Assembly (NCBI RefSeq): GCF_009914755.1
Contig: NC_060932.1
Length of the DNA stretch: 64,000 nucleotides
Source of the DNA: the human T2T-CHM13v2.0 reference genome, Homo sapiens
Strand: one strand, 5' to 3'
A program made the translations under genes and the position numbers. Positions 46,175-59,516 of this stretch are shown one piece after another. Each line of letters opens with the position of its first letter. Position 1 is the first letter of the stretch. Under the pieces are notes generated by a model. That model was not told where the DNA came from and ran no database searches. It was given only the letters and a program-made list of their open reading frames with translations.

Positions 46175-47238
46175 CTTTGTGGTTTTATCTACTTTTGGTC
46201 TTTGATGATGGTGATGTACAGATGGGTTTTTGGTGTGGATGTCCTCTCTGTTTGTTAGTTTTCCTTCTAACAGACAGGACCCTCAGCTGCAGGTCTGTTG
46301 GAGTTTGCTAGAGTTCCACTTCAGACCGTGTTTGCCTGGGTATCAGCAGCGGTGGGTGCAGAACAGCGGATTTTTGTGAACCGCGAATGCTGCTGTCTGA
46401 TCGTTCCTCTGGAAGTTTTGTCTCAGAGGAGTACCCGGCCATGTGAGGTGTCAGTCTGCCCCTACTGGGGGGTGCCTCCCAGTTAGGCTGCTCAGGGGTC
46501 AGGGTCAGGGACCCACTTGAGGAGGTAGTCTGCCCGTTCTCAGATCTCCAGCTGCGTGCTGGGAGAACCACTGCTCTCTTCAAAGCTGTCAGACAGGGAC
46601 ATTTAAGTCTGCAGAGGTTACTGCTGTCTTTTTGTTTGTCTGTGCCCTGTCCCCAGAGGTGGAGCCTACAGAGGCAGGCAGGCCTCCTTGAGCTGTGGTG
46701 GGCTCCACCCAGTTGGAGCTTCCTGGCTGCTTTGTTTACCTAAGCAAGCCTGGGCAATGGTGGGCGCCCCTCCCCCAGCCTCACTGCCGCCTTGCAGTTT
46801 GATCTCAGACTGCTGTGCTAGCAATCAGCGAGACTCCGTGGACGTATGACCCTCCGAGCCAGGTGCGGGATATAATCTCCTGGTGCGCCATTTTTTAAGC
46901 CCATCGGAAAAGCGCAGTATTAGGGTGGGAGTGACCCGATTTTCCAGGTGCCGTCTGTCACCCCTTTCTTTGACTAGGAAAGGGAATTCCCTGATCCCTT
47001 GCACTTCCTGAGTGAGGCAATGCCTCGTCCTGCTTCCGCCTGTGTACGGTGTGCTGCACCCACTGTCCTGCACCCACCGTCTGGCACTTCCTAGTGAGAT
47101 GAACCCGGTACCTCAGATGGAAATGCAGAAATCACCTGTCTTCTGAGTTGCTCATGCTGGGAGCTGTAGAACGGAGCTGTTCCTATTCGGCCATCTTGGC
47201 TTGACCCCCGCAAATGTCTTTTTTTTTTTTTTATATAT

Positions 47239-47313
47239 AAACCCTTGTGTCAAGGGCTGACTTTCAATAGATTGCAGCGAGGGAGCTGCTCTGTTATGTA
47301 CGAAACCCCAACC
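47239..47313 (-). pseudogene. Retroposed 3'-terminal fragment of 28S (LSU) rRNA with an A-rich tail (47219-47238)
   Basis: Minus strand reads ggttggggtttcgtacataacagagcagctccctcgctgcaatctattgaaagtcagcccttgacacaagggttt, the 28S 3' end as I recall it with about 5 mismatches, mostly at CpG. Confidence 0.92.
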
Positions 47314-47716
47314 AACCTTAGCCAGCTTTGACCACTGCAAAGAAAAATCACTTTCTGAGAACCTTCTGCAACTTCCTATATTCATTCAGGTTTTGTCCTG
47401 TACTTTCCTCTTTGTTATTATGGAAAAACAAGTCGTTTTACTTTAGGACAAAAGTACTCTCTTTTCCCTTTAGCAAAAACATATCCTACACAGATTGCTT
47501 ACAAAGTTGTTTCTCTCTGCTTTTATTGCTTCCAGTAGAGTCCAGTAAAATCATATATATTGATTTTAACTTTTTTCCAAAGTAATTTCTATGTCACACA
47601 GCAAATTAGGAGGTAAATAATTGCAAACTGTCACACACCAGCATTTTGCAACAGGTTAGCAGAACTCATGAATATACATTTCACAGCTTTCTGAGACCCA
47701 CATATCCCTTATACTA

Positions 47717-48124
<408 letters not shown>

Positions 48125-48383
48125 TTAAAATTATGCTTAGTAATTAATCCTTCAATGTTCTCTTACTTACAAATGATCTAGGTATATAATAAATATTCAT
48201 TAATTAAGCATCAGTCCCAGTTTTAAATTACCTAAAGATCTTGGAAACTGTAAACTTAAGTTGACTTAAAGTTGACTCACTACAAAACATACAAAACATG
48301 ATTACTTATGAATAAAAGTTTGTCAAAATGATTTAATTTTGTTAAACACAAATTAAATTTTTCGTAATATTAAATATTTAGTA

Positions 48384-48456
48384 TGGGAGTGGTGGCTAAC
48401 ACCTGTAATCCCAGCACTTTGGGAGGCCAAGGGAGGTAGATCACTTGAGGTCAGGC
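48384..48456 (+). mobile_element. Alu left-arm 5' fragment
   Basis: gtggtggctaacacctgtaatcccagcactttgggaggccaagg...gaggtcagg, then ends abruptly. Confidence 0.8.
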
Positions 48457-48559
48457 ACAGGCCTGGGTCTCCGGAGCACCAGTCAGGAATGGAGCACCAA
48501 GGGCCCCAAAAGCCTCGTTACCTGGGGATCAATGGGGGCTCCAGGTGAAGTCTGGCCCT

Positions 48560-48577
48560 ATCCAAGTCACGGCACCA
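48560..48577 (-). other. Retroviral primer-binding site complementary to the tRNA-His 3' end
   Basis: Minus strand tggtgccgtgacttggat versus PBS-His TGGTGCCGTGACTCGGAT (one CpG-type mismatch), 4 nt after the LTR end. Confidence 0.85.
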
Positions 48578-48581
48578 AAAC

Positions 48582-48893
48582 TGAGAAAGAAAGAATGCAC
48601 AGATCAACTGAGACTGCTTTATTTGGGCTGCCGTATTGGGGAGAAGGTTTTGCAGTGAGAGGCATCTTGAAGTGAAGCTGGCAGCCTGGGGATGTGTCAA
48701 GGCAGGTAGACAAGGAAGGCATTCAGAGTCCCTTGGGATCTCAAGAATAGGAGACAGGCCTCATGTGAGTGACTGAGCGATGCTGGAGGAGGGCCTTATC
48801 TCAGAAATGGGATGGCAGGGGGTCCTGGGGGGCTGTCCATTTCTTGGAACACTTCCCAGGAGAACTGGGCTTAGGTAAAGTTCAGCATTGCCA
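48582..48893 (-). mobile_element. Proviral 5' LTR (MER92-like)
   Basis: Minus strand starts tggcaatgctgaactttacctaagccc, has AATAAA, ends ttctca, and is followed by the PBS. Confidence 0.8.
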
Positions 48894-48974
48894 TTATCTT
48901 CCAAATTAATGAAGGCATATTAAAACAGAAATCCTTTTCTTGCTGAATATAGTCTCTCTCTCTATGTATATATA

Positions 48975-49259
48975 GGAGATGGGGTCTTGCTCTGTTGCCC
49001 AGGCTGGAGTGCAGTGGCATGATCATGGCTCTCTGCAGGTGTGACTTCCCAAGCTCAAGGGATCCAGTCCTGCCTCAGCCTCTGGAGTAGCTGGGCCTAC
49101 AGGCATGCAAACACCCCACTCAGCTAATTAAAACAAAATTTGTAAAGATGGTTTTCACTATGTTGGCCAGGCTGCTCTCCAACTCCTGGCCTCAAGTCAT
49201 CTTCCTGCGTTGGCCTCCCAAAGTGCTGGGATTACAGATGCCAGCCACAGAGCCCAGCC
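48975..49259 (-). mobile_element. AluJ
   Basis: gagatggggtcttgctctgttgcccaggctgg...cccaaagtgctgggattacag...cccagcc. Confidence 0.9.
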
Positions 49260-50384
49260 AATATATTTTGTTGATCCTTCGATTACTAGTGATTCAAATC
49301 CTTGTAATTAACCATCTTATGTAAGAATAGAAATAGAATTTTTAAAATTATTCATCAATTCTGAAGCAACACTTTCTCTGTTGAAAAATATTTTGATTTA
49401 TGGAGAGATTTGTTGCCTTAAACAAAAGGATTGTTATTTCAGTGGAGGCACTGGATTCCCTGTTGAGCAGATTTGGGGGCAGCTCTTCTTTCTCTGGGTA
49501 ATGACGTCATCAAAAAGAGATTCTCACAATTAGCTGAACCCCTACACTCAGCACAATTTAGTGATTTTCAAAGAAAAACCACATCTCAGGATATTTAAAT
49601 TTCTGGGTTACGTTTAGGTTTTTAGTAATAAAACTGACTGCATAAGTAGCAAAATCATCCTTTCACAATGTAACTTTCCTACCAAAAGCTTTTCATCTTT
49701 GTTTTTCCTTAAGGGATTTAATAATCAGGTTAAATTATAGAAATTCTTGATTTTAGGCAGCTACATAGTTTTTGAAAAAGCTGCCAACTATTTTTACATT
49801 ACAGGAGCATACAAAGCAAGAAACAGAAGGATGATTTCTGGGAGCAGAACAAGATGAAGGTAAATTCAACTCTAGGTTTAGAAAGGGAAGACGGTTGTGT
49901 GCTGTCTGGCCAGTAAGCAGCCCTGAAGTGGTCTGGGAATAACTTCTCATCCACTAACCATGCAGGCTCCTAAAAGCACCACATCCATGTCCCAGCGAGG
50001 GACATTTTCCTCCCCTAGACCAACGGCCACAGCTAGGGTTACAAATGGCGATGGTGGAGAAAGTGGGATCCTGTTGCAGCAGGGGAAAGCCCTACCTCAG
50101 GCTTGCTCAAACCAGCAGCATCACCAGAGGGCAGGCATCATCCTCTCTTCGCCCTCCTCATGGTACCCTGTGGCAGGCGTTATTGTTTCCATGTTAAAAA
50201 TAAGAAAATGGAGCCCCAGGGCAGTAAAGTGACCTGGCTTGAGTGAAACCTTCAGGGTGCAAGTAAGCTTGGGTTTCTGACTCTGAGGCCAGCGCTCCCC
50301 CCACTCCGGGGAGTTTGCCTCAGGGAGGAAGACCTCCGCATTTAGATGACTGTGGGGAACAATGAAAGGACACCTCTGCCTTTC

Positions 50385-51170
50385 TGTAAACAGCAAGCTT
50401 GACATAAGTAACTCTATCTTGGAAAACTACTCCATCTTACATCTCAAAAGGCGTCGTGCCAATAGAGAAAAGATGTTCCCCTAATCAACAGAGACTGCAC
50501 CTAACTAGACAAGGGCATGAACAGGCACACGCTTACTATCAGTCCTTGCCAGATGACTCAAGGGCCATAAAATGAGCAGAACTTCACTAGCTAACAAGAC
50601 CCTCTGGGCAGATGCGCACTTAACCAGATAAGACATGACCCTTTACTATCAGTCTTCACCAGAGGACTCTGTGGCCATAAAATGAGTGAGACTTCATCAG
50701 GTAGACACTGCTGTGTTGGCAGACCCTGTCCTGCTGTCACTTGTGATGAGCACCTGGCATCTGCTGATGAAGCCTCTGCCCACATCAAAGCCTCTTCCTT
50801 GCAAGACACTGGCGTCCGTTGGGATCAGCCCAGGACACTCCCCTTCTCCTCGTCACTCTCCTTGGACTGCTTCATTAGTTCCTTTTCTGACCTCCTTTTC
50901 TCTTGATGTTGAACGTTACTTTGTTTGATGTGAAATGTTTAATCTATAACATTTATATATTGATTAAATATACTACTATGTATGGTTTGCAATATTGACT
51001 GACTTGTGGAGTGGCTTGAGCCTGTGTTTCCATAGGTGATACTAAGAATTGCCTCCTTGAGAACTCCAGGTAGTTTGTAGCTTTTATGATTAAAATAGCC
51101 TCTGTAAATTCTGACCTGTGGAAAGACATGTGTGGGCCTGGTTATGTCTCATCTTACACTGCTCATGACT
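50385..51170 (+). mobile_element. Solo LTR, probably ERVL class, with an internal ~110-bp tandem duplication
   Basis: Starts TGT, ends gctcatgac(t); near-TSD ctttc/gtttc; repeated ttactatcagtc...ggccataaaatgag at ~50533 and ~50643. Confidence 0.65.
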
Positions 51171-52071
51171 GTTTCCCATTGGGTGAGGCAGACAGCAACT
51201 GTCACATTAGAGCAGAGGAAGCAGCGAGATTGTTTCTTTATCTAGAAAGTAATAGGGTGGCTAACATCCAAGAGGTGACCTTCCCATGGCTCTGGCCTGG
51301 TGGCTGGGGGGCGGGGGTGAGGGAATGCCAAAGAGGGGACATGCTCTTGGTGCCAATGAATGCCCAAGGCCAGTCTGATTGCCTGGGCTGTGCCTGTTAC
51401 AAGCACATTACCTTGGGTGAAGTGTGGTGAGGCCAGATGCAGGTCAGGAATGACACCAGAAAGAATTTTACAGTTTGTTATTCTCATGGCTCCTTGGGGA
51501 GGCTCGGATAGGGTCAGGAGGCCCTGAATGAGGGGAGTGAGCTCAGGGCAAGCTCCCTTGTTGCAGTTTCTGCATGAAGGAGCAGGTGAGGCCAGGCAAG
51601 CAGGCTGCGGATTGGTGGGATTGAACAATGTCAGGGCTCCGGAGCAGTGGGGCTGTGCTGGGCTGTCTGGTATCTGTCCTGGGGTGATGAGGGCAGGTGG
51701 ACAGTGGCCCAGAGTGGGAGAGCCCAACAAAGGCAGCCTCTGGGGATGTGGAGTGAATCTGCTCAAGAAGGGGAACTGACTGACTTCTAGCCAGGGCCTC
51801 AAAACTGGATCAGGGCAGCATTTCAGAATTGCGGCACCCTGCCCCAGCCTGGCCCCTGCTCACAAACTCCTGGGCACACCCCAGCCATACCACCTGCCCA
51901 GCTGACTCTTGGCTCCTTCTGGCTCCTGGGAGCAGAGTCTGACTGTGCACAAGGCCAGAGAGTGGAAGGGCCCCCACTGGGTCCAGCCTCAAAGCAACTG
52001 AAGAGGCTTCAAACTACTTGAAGTTAACTTCTAGCATCTCTTAAATATGCAAGAAAGGAAATAGAGATTTG

Positions 52072-52447
52072 GGTATTAGTCCGTTCTAATGCTGGTAATA
52101 AAGACATACTCAAGACTGGGTAATTTATAAAGGAAAGAGGTTTAATTGACTCACAGTTCAGCATGAATGGGCAGGCCTCAGGAAACTTACAATCATGGCA
52201 GAAGGGGAAGCAAACACATCCTTCTTCACATTGGTGGCAGGAAGGAGAATGAGTGCCCAGTGAAGGCGGAAGCCCCTTATAAAACCATCAGATCTCATGA
52301 GAACTAACTCACTATCGGGAGAACAGGATGGGGGAAACTGCCCCCATGATTCAATTATCTCCACCTAGTCCCTCCCATGATACATGGGGATTATGGGAAC
52401 TACAATTCAAGGTGAGATTTGGGTGGGGACACAGTCAAACCATATCA
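52072..52447 (-). mobile_element. THE1 (about THE1C/D) MaLR solo LTR
   Basis: tattagtccgttct...gactgggtaatttataaaggaaagaggtttaattgactcacagttc...aaaccatatca. Confidence 0.9.
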
Positions 52448-54179
52448 GGTGTTAAGGAAATGAAAGAAAATTGTTTTCTTGAGGTGGTGGGTCAGGACTG
52501 AGTTGAATCCCCAGTGTGCAAGGTAAAGGCACCAACCTTCCAAATGACTGTCATGAGAACAGAATCCTTACCAGCTCTCACTGCCTGCTGCTCAGTTGTA
52601 AGCCAAGCCCTAAATGGGGTTTTCCATGCAGATTTAATTTACTTACCTGAGACTTACCTTACCTAAGGTTGCATGTGTCCGTTGCAGAGCCGGAAGTTCT
52701 GTCTCTAAGGTCCATGCCCTTCTCAATACACAACATGATTTCAAATGGTAAACTTGTCTTCCCTGAATCTCCTACTCCAACGCCTCCCAACTTCCTCTAC
52801 CTCTGCTCCTAGCCCCAGTCATTGAGGGCTGTGCTGATTTTGACTTGGAAAAGTAAGGAATCAAAAACCATCACTTCAAAGGCTGACCATAAGGGCTGCT
52901 GTGAGGTATTCAGGGGGGACAGCATGAGAGCTTCTCCCCCTGGAAATGTTTCCCAGACTTTCCCAGAGAAGGAGCCCAGTAGACAGACGGACTGCCCCCC
53001 TTGGGGGATGTGCAGCAAAGTGAATTGGGTAGCCAGGTGCAAAGTCAAATACGTCTTGGAGGCCTTTGTGTCAAATCTTATAAAGGCCTCTTTGCAGTGA
53101 TACTATTGTTTTCTGTCATGTCGGCTAATTATTCATTAGATCAGGTCCTCTAGGAAGTAGTACTGTATTTATCCAATGACCTTGTGTCTTTCCATGATCC
53201 CTCAAGAAAACCTTTTTGGGCATAAATAACCCAGCATCAGATGAAAGCTTTTCTAGCACTTCCTGTGGGGCCCAGACCCAAGTATGTTCTCAGGAAGAAA
53301 TCAATTACCTTCATTTATTCATGCTGCAATCATTTGCTCATTTGCTTGTGACTTCCTGTTGTGTGCCGGGCACTGTGCCTCCTAGTGAATAAGAAACACT
53401 GTCTGTCCCCAGTCCCTGGGACTAGTGGGCGTGTGGCATAGCCCAGGGTCAGGTGCGTGGAGCCAACGCGCCCACCAGTGCCGGCCTGCCTAGCAAGTCA
53501 CCAAGGCCTCTTCAGGGTCTGGTTTATCTCAGCTGAAATGTACGGGAAAAGTAGACGTCAATCAGGTGGAAAAGGGCAGAGAGAGCACCGTCCAGGCAGA
53601 AGGGAGAGCGTGAGCAAGGGGCCCGTGGGACTGAGTGCTGCGTGTCGCCGCAGAGGGGCATGAGGACAGTGCTGGGCACGGCGGCTGTGGGCAGTGTGGG
53701 CCGACAGAATCCCCAGGCCAGGTCAGGTGTCCCGGCCATCCATGGAGAACAAGGAGTCATTACAGAGGCTCGGTGGCACACGGTGAAAATGAGGTTCTTC
53801 TGGGAAATTTTAGGCTGCAGGATGTGAGTGGCCCACAGCAGGGAAGGTCTGGCAGGCAGCGAGAGCTTCCGGACTGGACCCCAAGAAGGAGGTCAGGCTG
53901 GGAACACAGACTCGGAGGTTCCCATCCACAGATGGTACCGAGGCTACTGTGTCGGGTCAGATCTTCCAGGAGACCGGAGGAGGGACGTGGCTGCGGGAAG
54001 CAAGCCCAGAGCCGCCAGCCCGGGACCAGCGGGAGGCCAGGGAGCAAGGCCACAGCAGAGGCAGCCAGGACCCCAAATATCAGAGGCTCAAATGAAGTTG
54101 ACGTTAGCTGTTTTATCTGTTAATCAATATATTTTTCTTTATATTTCTTTCCATTTAGATTCTCCACTTCAGAAGATTT

Positions 54180-54470
54180 AATTTTTTTTTGGATTGACAA
54201 AAATTCTGTATATTTATGGTGTACAACATGTTGTTTGGAAATATGTGTATATTGTGGAATGGCTAAATTGAGCTAATTAACACATGCATTTCCTCACATA
54301 CTTTTTTTGTGATGAGAACACTTAAAATCTACTCTTAGCAATTTTCAAAGATAGAATATATTGTTATTAACTACAGTCACCATGTCCTACAATAGATTTC
54401 TTGATCTTCTTGAGATTTTGTATCCTGTCTTCCCAATCCCTTACCCCAGCACCCCTCCCCTGGCAACCAC
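54180..54470 (-). mobile_element. L1MA 3' end fragment
   Basis: tgtatatttatggtgtacaacatg...gagaacacttaaaatctactcttagcaattttcaa...ccctggcaaccac. Confidence 0.8.
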
Positions 54471-55135
54471 CACATTTTTTTTCTTTTAGTTTTCTCTCAT
54501 CTTTCTGTCTTTTAAAGATGCATCTGTTCTTTGATTTCGCTGAAGTTCTTTACAGAAGAGGGCCAAGAAGACAACAAACATCTATCACCAAATCTTGGAT
54601 TCTGGAGAATTTTGTTTTCTTTCTTTCCTAAAAATTCCTTGAAAGAACAATAGCAAGCTGATGATTCATTTGAAAAGTCATGTGCCAATTTTGGTAAAGG
54701 CTCCTGAGTTTCCTGCTTGATGGAGCAGTATGGGGTGAAGGGCTGCACGGGAGAATGTTTTGTTAGTAACTGAGAGTCAGAATTAAAGAGTTGAGTGGAT
54801 CCCAAGGAAATCCAACTTTATTTTTTCTGGTTTCCCCCACCCCCCATGAAGAGTTTATTCATTATAGGACTTCTTTGTAAAGTGATCTTTGTGTTCTTTT
54901 TGAGCTTGAAATTATACTCAAATGTTCTTCTGGAATGTTTTCATTTTTCCTTTAAAATAATACATGTATTGACTCCCTGGAACTAAATTAAATGAGGCAA
55001 CAAGGCCAGGAGAGAGCAGGCAGCTGGACATCGCTCTGATTCAAGGACTGCTTCGAGGTGCATGTCCCTTGCTTTGGTCAGTCTGGCCTTGGGTAAGCTG
55101 TGGTTCACTTTTTAAACACACTTCAGGGCCATCCC

Positions 55136-55290
55136 TCACCAGTTGTGTGACCTTGGGCAAGTCCCTATTTCTCAAAGCATTAGTTTGTACCTCTGTGGAA
55201 GGGAGAGAATAATATCTAATCCATAGGGTGCCCCAAAGATTAAATGAGAAAGTGTATTAGAGGCATAGCATATAACGAGTGCTCAGAAAG
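55136..55290. mobile_element. MIR SINE
   Basis: tgtgtgaccttgggcaagtc...agtttgtacctctgtggaaggg...gattaaatgaga. Confidence 0.7.
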
Positions 55291-55317
55291 CCCAGCAGTT
55301 ATTTTCTAAATGGACAG

Positions 55318-55475
55318 GTGCCAGGCACCAGTGGCTTGAGCCTGTAATTCCAGCTACTTGGGAGGCTGAGGTGGGAGGGTTGCTTGAGTCCAGGAGCTCG
55401 AGATGAGCCTGGGCAACATAGCAAGACCCCATCTGTAAAAAAATCAAATAGAATTAAATTAAAAATAAAATAAGA
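55318..55475 (+). mobile_element. FLAM / monomeric Alu
   Basis: ccaggcaccagtggcttgagcctgtaattccagctac...gcctgggcaacatagcaagacccc plus A-rich tail. Confidence 0.8.
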
Positions 55476-56434
55476 CAAAATGTACAGGCCATACACACAG
55501 TTCATATGGGAGGAAAGTCTGTCACAATGGGAAAATACTACCACTGACACATCACGTTATATAATTATGGTGTTTCCAAAAACGCCAAGATGTAGGCAAG
55601 ATGTGGCCCTTTGCTTAGGTGAGGGTACAAACCGCAGGAAACAGGGGACTCTCCAGTAGGTTGGAAGCCCCATTTTGGATTCAACAGTGAGATTCCAGGG
55701 TGGTCTGAGGGCCCCCACAGGCAGCTGGCCTGCCCCAGAGGATGCATCACATCCCCTGTCCCCTGCAGGAGTCCCTGTCCTACTCACCGCTCTGCCTTGT
55801 GGCTGGGGCTTCTTGGCAGGGCCAGGTGTGTCCGTGCCTGAGTCATTGTGGCCAGGGTTGACTCAATGTTCTTTTGTCTGTGGATATAGCGTGGAGTGTC
55901 CCTGTTGATGAACCTTGGGGTGAACTGGAAACTCCAGTTTATGGGACCTCTTCTCCTGAGACATCCATAGTGAGAGGGGGATGGGGGCTAAAAGTCAGAT
56001 GAACTAGGGTAAGTTCAGCCTTTAGTGCACATAAAGGTTAAATAGTGCAAGAGCACACACAATGTTCAACAAAAATTGGTTTTGGTATTCAAAATATTTC
56101 TCACAAAAATTAGCATATGGGAATATCAAGGAGGCAGATGTTAAAATTCCTTGCCATCATCTCCTGCGTCTTTACGCACGTGGTACTGGCACAGGCTGAT
56201 GCACTGAAGGTGCTCTCATGCTTCCTCTCTGTGCCTCTCTGTGCCCCCAAGACAGCCTACCTGGCCCTGGGTAGCGTCTCTCACACATGTCATTTGCCTT
56301 TGAAGCAGATTTGTTTTGGATGGTCCACGTGTTCACTATCAGGCCACTGTGATGTCATTTTAGGGCCACTGCCCTCAGGAGCTTGTCAGCCTAATTGGGA
56401 AGACAGATAAGTGACAGAGGGGTTTAACAGGTAC

Positions 56435-56986
56435 TGAGGCAGGAGAATAGGGTCTGGAGGCAGGGAACCTAAGGCTGTTTCACCCCAACTTCCTAGAACT
56501 AAATTGAAAGGAAAACCGTAACTTTCCACGCCTAAGTAACAAAAGGACCAGAGGCTACTATTCCAATCCCCCACCTTTTCTGTGTGGCAGATTGAAAATT
56601 GTCTTCGTTTGCAACTTCATCTTAGCCTCTAATTGGTTGCAAAAAGCAACCAATCAGATACTCGCATAGGAGTGTGCCCTTTGTAACTGCACTTCAGCCT
56701 CTGATTGGTTGCTTTTGCAACCAATCAGACCGATTGCAGGCCACCATTTCATTTACATGAGGGGAGCATGAAGTGGCCAATGATCCTGACAATATTCTGT
56801 CCGGGCCCTTGAGCATTGCTCAGCAGGCTCCCACACTGTGGCGTGTACTTTCGTTTTGAATAAACCTCTGCTTTCATTGTTTCGTTGCTTCATTCGTTCG
56901 TTGCTTTGCTGTGCATTTTGTCCAATTCTTTGTTCAAAATGCCAAGAACCTCAACAACTTGCAGTCAAGACCCTGTACCAGTAACA
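56435..56986 (+). mobile_element. MER51-family ERV1 solo LTR
   Basis: Starts tgaggcaggagaatagggtctggaggcagggaacctaagg, ends gtaaca; TSD gtac/gtgc; several CCAAT boxes and AATAAA. Confidence 0.88.
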
Positions 56987-58370
56987 GTGCTGTAACAAAG
57001 GCAAACTTAGGTGGGGAAATTGTGAACAGAGGGAGGAGAGCACAGGTGAGACGGGGGGATGGTGTTTGCCGGGGAGAGGCCAGCAGGTGTGGGGCAGGAG
57101 GTATGAGTGTCTCACTTTCCATTTCATCTCTGACCCCTCTGTGTCTCACTGTACCACGCATTGATCAGGACATCTGAGTGACCCATCACAGTGTGGTTCC
57201 ATTTGTACCCACATTGTAATTTGCCACTGTTCAGCACAGCTCTCCGCCAACCTGCTGTCCTGCACAAGACGAGGTCCCACCCCTACCCCCAACCCGCTGT
57301 GAACCATACCAACTTCTCCGCATCTGTTCTCTTCCAGGAAATGGAGGTAATGACTTCTGCCCTGGAGGACTACATGGCATCTTCTATGTTGAAACCACTT
57401 TCAAAGTTTTCAAAACTATACACCCATCATGTATCACTAATATAGCTCGATATACTACGGATCACAGTCCTGACTTCAACTGTTAGTGTAATGTCTCATC
57501 AACACTGAGAACACGTTATGTGGTGTTTTACTGTCATGAACGAAACCTATTTCCCCAGAAAAACTGGCAGATATTAGCATTAATCTGATTTTTCAAAGAA
57601 GTTAATTATTTCCCAGAATAAGTCACTGTGACTTATCAAAGGGCCTTGGTTGGTGGGAAGTAAAGCCCAGACTGCATTCTTGAAGCTGCTAGCCTTTGCC
57701 AGCTCATTGCAAATTGAGCAACACTGATGAACCCACAGTTAATCTATGGAGTCAAATGCAACTGGACACAAATGCCTGGGGATTTTCCCTGTGAGATTCT
57801 CTTGCCCTTCTGGTGATGGTGAAGGACAGCACTACCCATGGCAGGGGCGGTCACTAGTCTCTGGCATTTACTTGACCTTATGGCTGCCATGAACACCAGG
57901 CACAGCCTTTGCAGGAGGCACTGCTGCCTTCAGCCTGCCTGGCCTGGGGGCGCAGAGAGGAAAGGGATATGGGCTTTTGCAAAAGGCCCCTAGAGCAAAG
58001 TCAGACTGATGGCAAAGGCTTGAGTGCTCGATGGGCGAGGGAGATGCTTTCGCTTCAATTTTCACTGAGTAATGAGGCGTACTGAGCAAAATACACTTGT
58101 CCTTGGAATGTGAGGCACACACGTGGCAGGCATAAAGTTATAAAAAGGAGGAGCTCCTTAGTCTGCTGAACTTAAAGACTTATCTTGCCTTCCTGCTGTT
58201 AATTCTTTACAGAGACTTCCTCTTCTCCATTTCCCAGGGTTCTCCATGGGGATGTGCTTGAGGGAGAATGAGCAGTTTAAGAGAAAAGAATTCCTCCAGA
58301 GTGGGTTGTGGAGAGCACTGGAGAAGGTCTGGGCTGGAGCTAGAGATTTACCTTGGCTAAAGATAAGAGT

Positions 58371-58605
58371 CTGTGGTGTATATACACAATGGAATACCAT
58401 TCAGCCTTGAAAAAGAAGGAAATATGTCATCAGTGGCAACATGGATGAACCTAGAAGACATGCTAAGTGAAATAAGCCAGGTACAGAAATACAAATACTG
58501 CATGACCTCACTTATATACGGAATCTTAAAAAGTCAAACTCACAGAAGCAAATGGCAGAATAGTGTTTATCAGGGACTGGGGGTAGGGGTGGGGAGATGG
58601 AGATT
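58371..58605 (+). mobile_element. L1MA/MB 3' fragment
   Basis: tgtggtgtatatacacaatggaatacc...gctaagtgaaataagccag. Confidence 0.8.
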
Positions 58606-59175
58606 GAAGAGAAAAAAACCCTTTGAAAATGATCCATCAGAAACACTCATTTGTGATTTCCCCACAATTGTGGTGCTCCAGGGAACCTTAATGATCAGTT
58701 ACTGAGCCCTTATTATCTTCCTGGCTTTGTGCTAAGCCTCACTCACGTTCCCAACAGTCCTATAAGATATTTTAAGTATTATAATCCCCATTTATAAGGG
58801 GCAAATGGAGCTTGAAGCCATGGAGTATGTAGGGGAAGGCGTGCTGCTGGTAAGTAACACAGCTTCAGCCTTCTCTGATCCTGGGGCCCCTCTCATCTGT
58901 GAGCTCCTGCTCCCGTGCCCCCTGCCCATCTTCCCAGGCTGGGGCTAGGGCTTGTCAAGCTGTACCCCGCCAGGCGGGGATATACAGGCACCTCAGGAGC
59001 TTGTCTCCAGCTGTCTGGATGCCAGATCCCTACTGCCCCATTCATATCCTGAGTTCAACAGGTCAGCGTAGGGTGTCATTCTCTATTGCTACATTTCCCA
59101 GGGAGCAGAGATAGCAAAATGTCTCAGCACAAAGATTATGTATTTCACTAAGCAATTATAATTTCAACTAAAATC

Positions 59176-59516
<341 letters not shown>

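Noticed and set aside
47239-47313. Functional rRNA gene
   Set aside because: Only 75 nt, A-tailed and CpG-decayed, so a retrocopy.
48560-48577. tRNA-His gene or HERV-H element
   Set aside because: Only the 18-nt PBS matches; the flanking LTR is not LTR7-like and no HERV-H coding sequence is visible.
50115-50140. CTCF-like motifs (tcaccagagggcag here; also ~11558 and ~24857)
   Set aside because: Partial matches only; cannot be supported without matrix scoring or ChIP data.
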